Assembly: GCA_038153405.1 (NCBI GenBank)
Contig: JAYOYH010000056.1
Span: 4,385 to 28,414 of the forward strand
Reading direction: 5' to 3'
DNA length: 24,030 nt
From: Gemmatimonadota bacterium
Lineage (GTDB): Bacteria; Latescibacterota; UBA2968; UBA8231
The notes beneath the pieces are model-generated. The model did no database searches. It saw only the letters and a program-made list of their open reading frames with translations, and had not been told where the DNA came from. Every line of letters starts with the position of its first letter. Position 1 is the stretch's first letter. Shown here piece after piece: positions 23,897 through 24,030 of the stretch. A program made the translations under genes and the position numbers.

Positions 23897-24030
23897 TCTT
23901 TGTCGACGAATTGGCCTGCTTGGCGCAGTGCATCTACTCCGGAAGAGGTCAGGTCAACCGGGAAGTGCACGGGGCCGTTGCCCGCTAGCTGCGATTGGTA
24001 GACGGCGTGGACCATTTCCAGCGAGCGGCG
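23890..24030 (-). CDS. C-terminus of a probable second Gfo/Idh/MocA oxidoreductase (partial)
   Basis: Not in the ORF track. Reads RRSLEMVHAVYQSQLAGNGPVHFPVDLTSSGVDALRQAGQFVDKDQ*. LEMVHAVYQSQL parallels MQLVDAIYQSQL at the end of the 21782-22801 protein. Confidence 0.65.
   Translation of the reverse strand, partial: RRSLEMVHAVYQSQLAGNGPVHFPVDLTSSGVDALRQAGQFVDKDQ

Noticed and set aside
1..24030. CRISPR arrays, tRNA/rRNA, IS elements, prophage or defence genes
   Set aside because: No spaced repeats, RNA gene signatures, or transposase, integrase or nuclease motifs were seen.

Overview
GC-rich bacterial chromosomal segment with 21 complete ORFs (one probably a truncated remnant), two edge-truncated CDS missed by the ORF track, and a probable decayed membrane-protein gene. 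Most genes encode small-molecule or sugar-acid enzymes: enolase-superfamily dehydratase, aldo/keto reductase, 2-hydroxyacid dehydrogenase, SDRs, UxuA-like dehydratase, RmlC, PhyH dioxygenase, MDR reductase, SGNH acetylesterase, TIM-barrel isomerase and Gfo/Idh/MocA oxidoreductases. These are interleaved with more general genes (RluA-type pseudouridine synthase, ABC-F, M42 peptidase, yajQ) and envelope or secreted proteins (DUF6785-type membrane protein, a helical secreted protein, a 7-bladed FG-GAP protein with an NYPNPFN C-terminal domain, a two-domain lipoprotein). A 13-kb run (1758-14784) is entirely on the minus strand. The gene mix resembles FCB-group candidate lineages such as Latescibacterota; this is inference only. 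I see no rRNA, tRNA, CRISPR array, mobile element or transcriptional regulator, and no unambiguous new system. The best leads are the yajQ gene coupled to the integrin-like propeller, the unknown secreted protein next to an M42 peptidase and DUF6785 protein, the catabolic cluster with an orphan rmlC, and basic low-complexity appendages on several enzymes. Family assignments come from motif recognition, not database searches.
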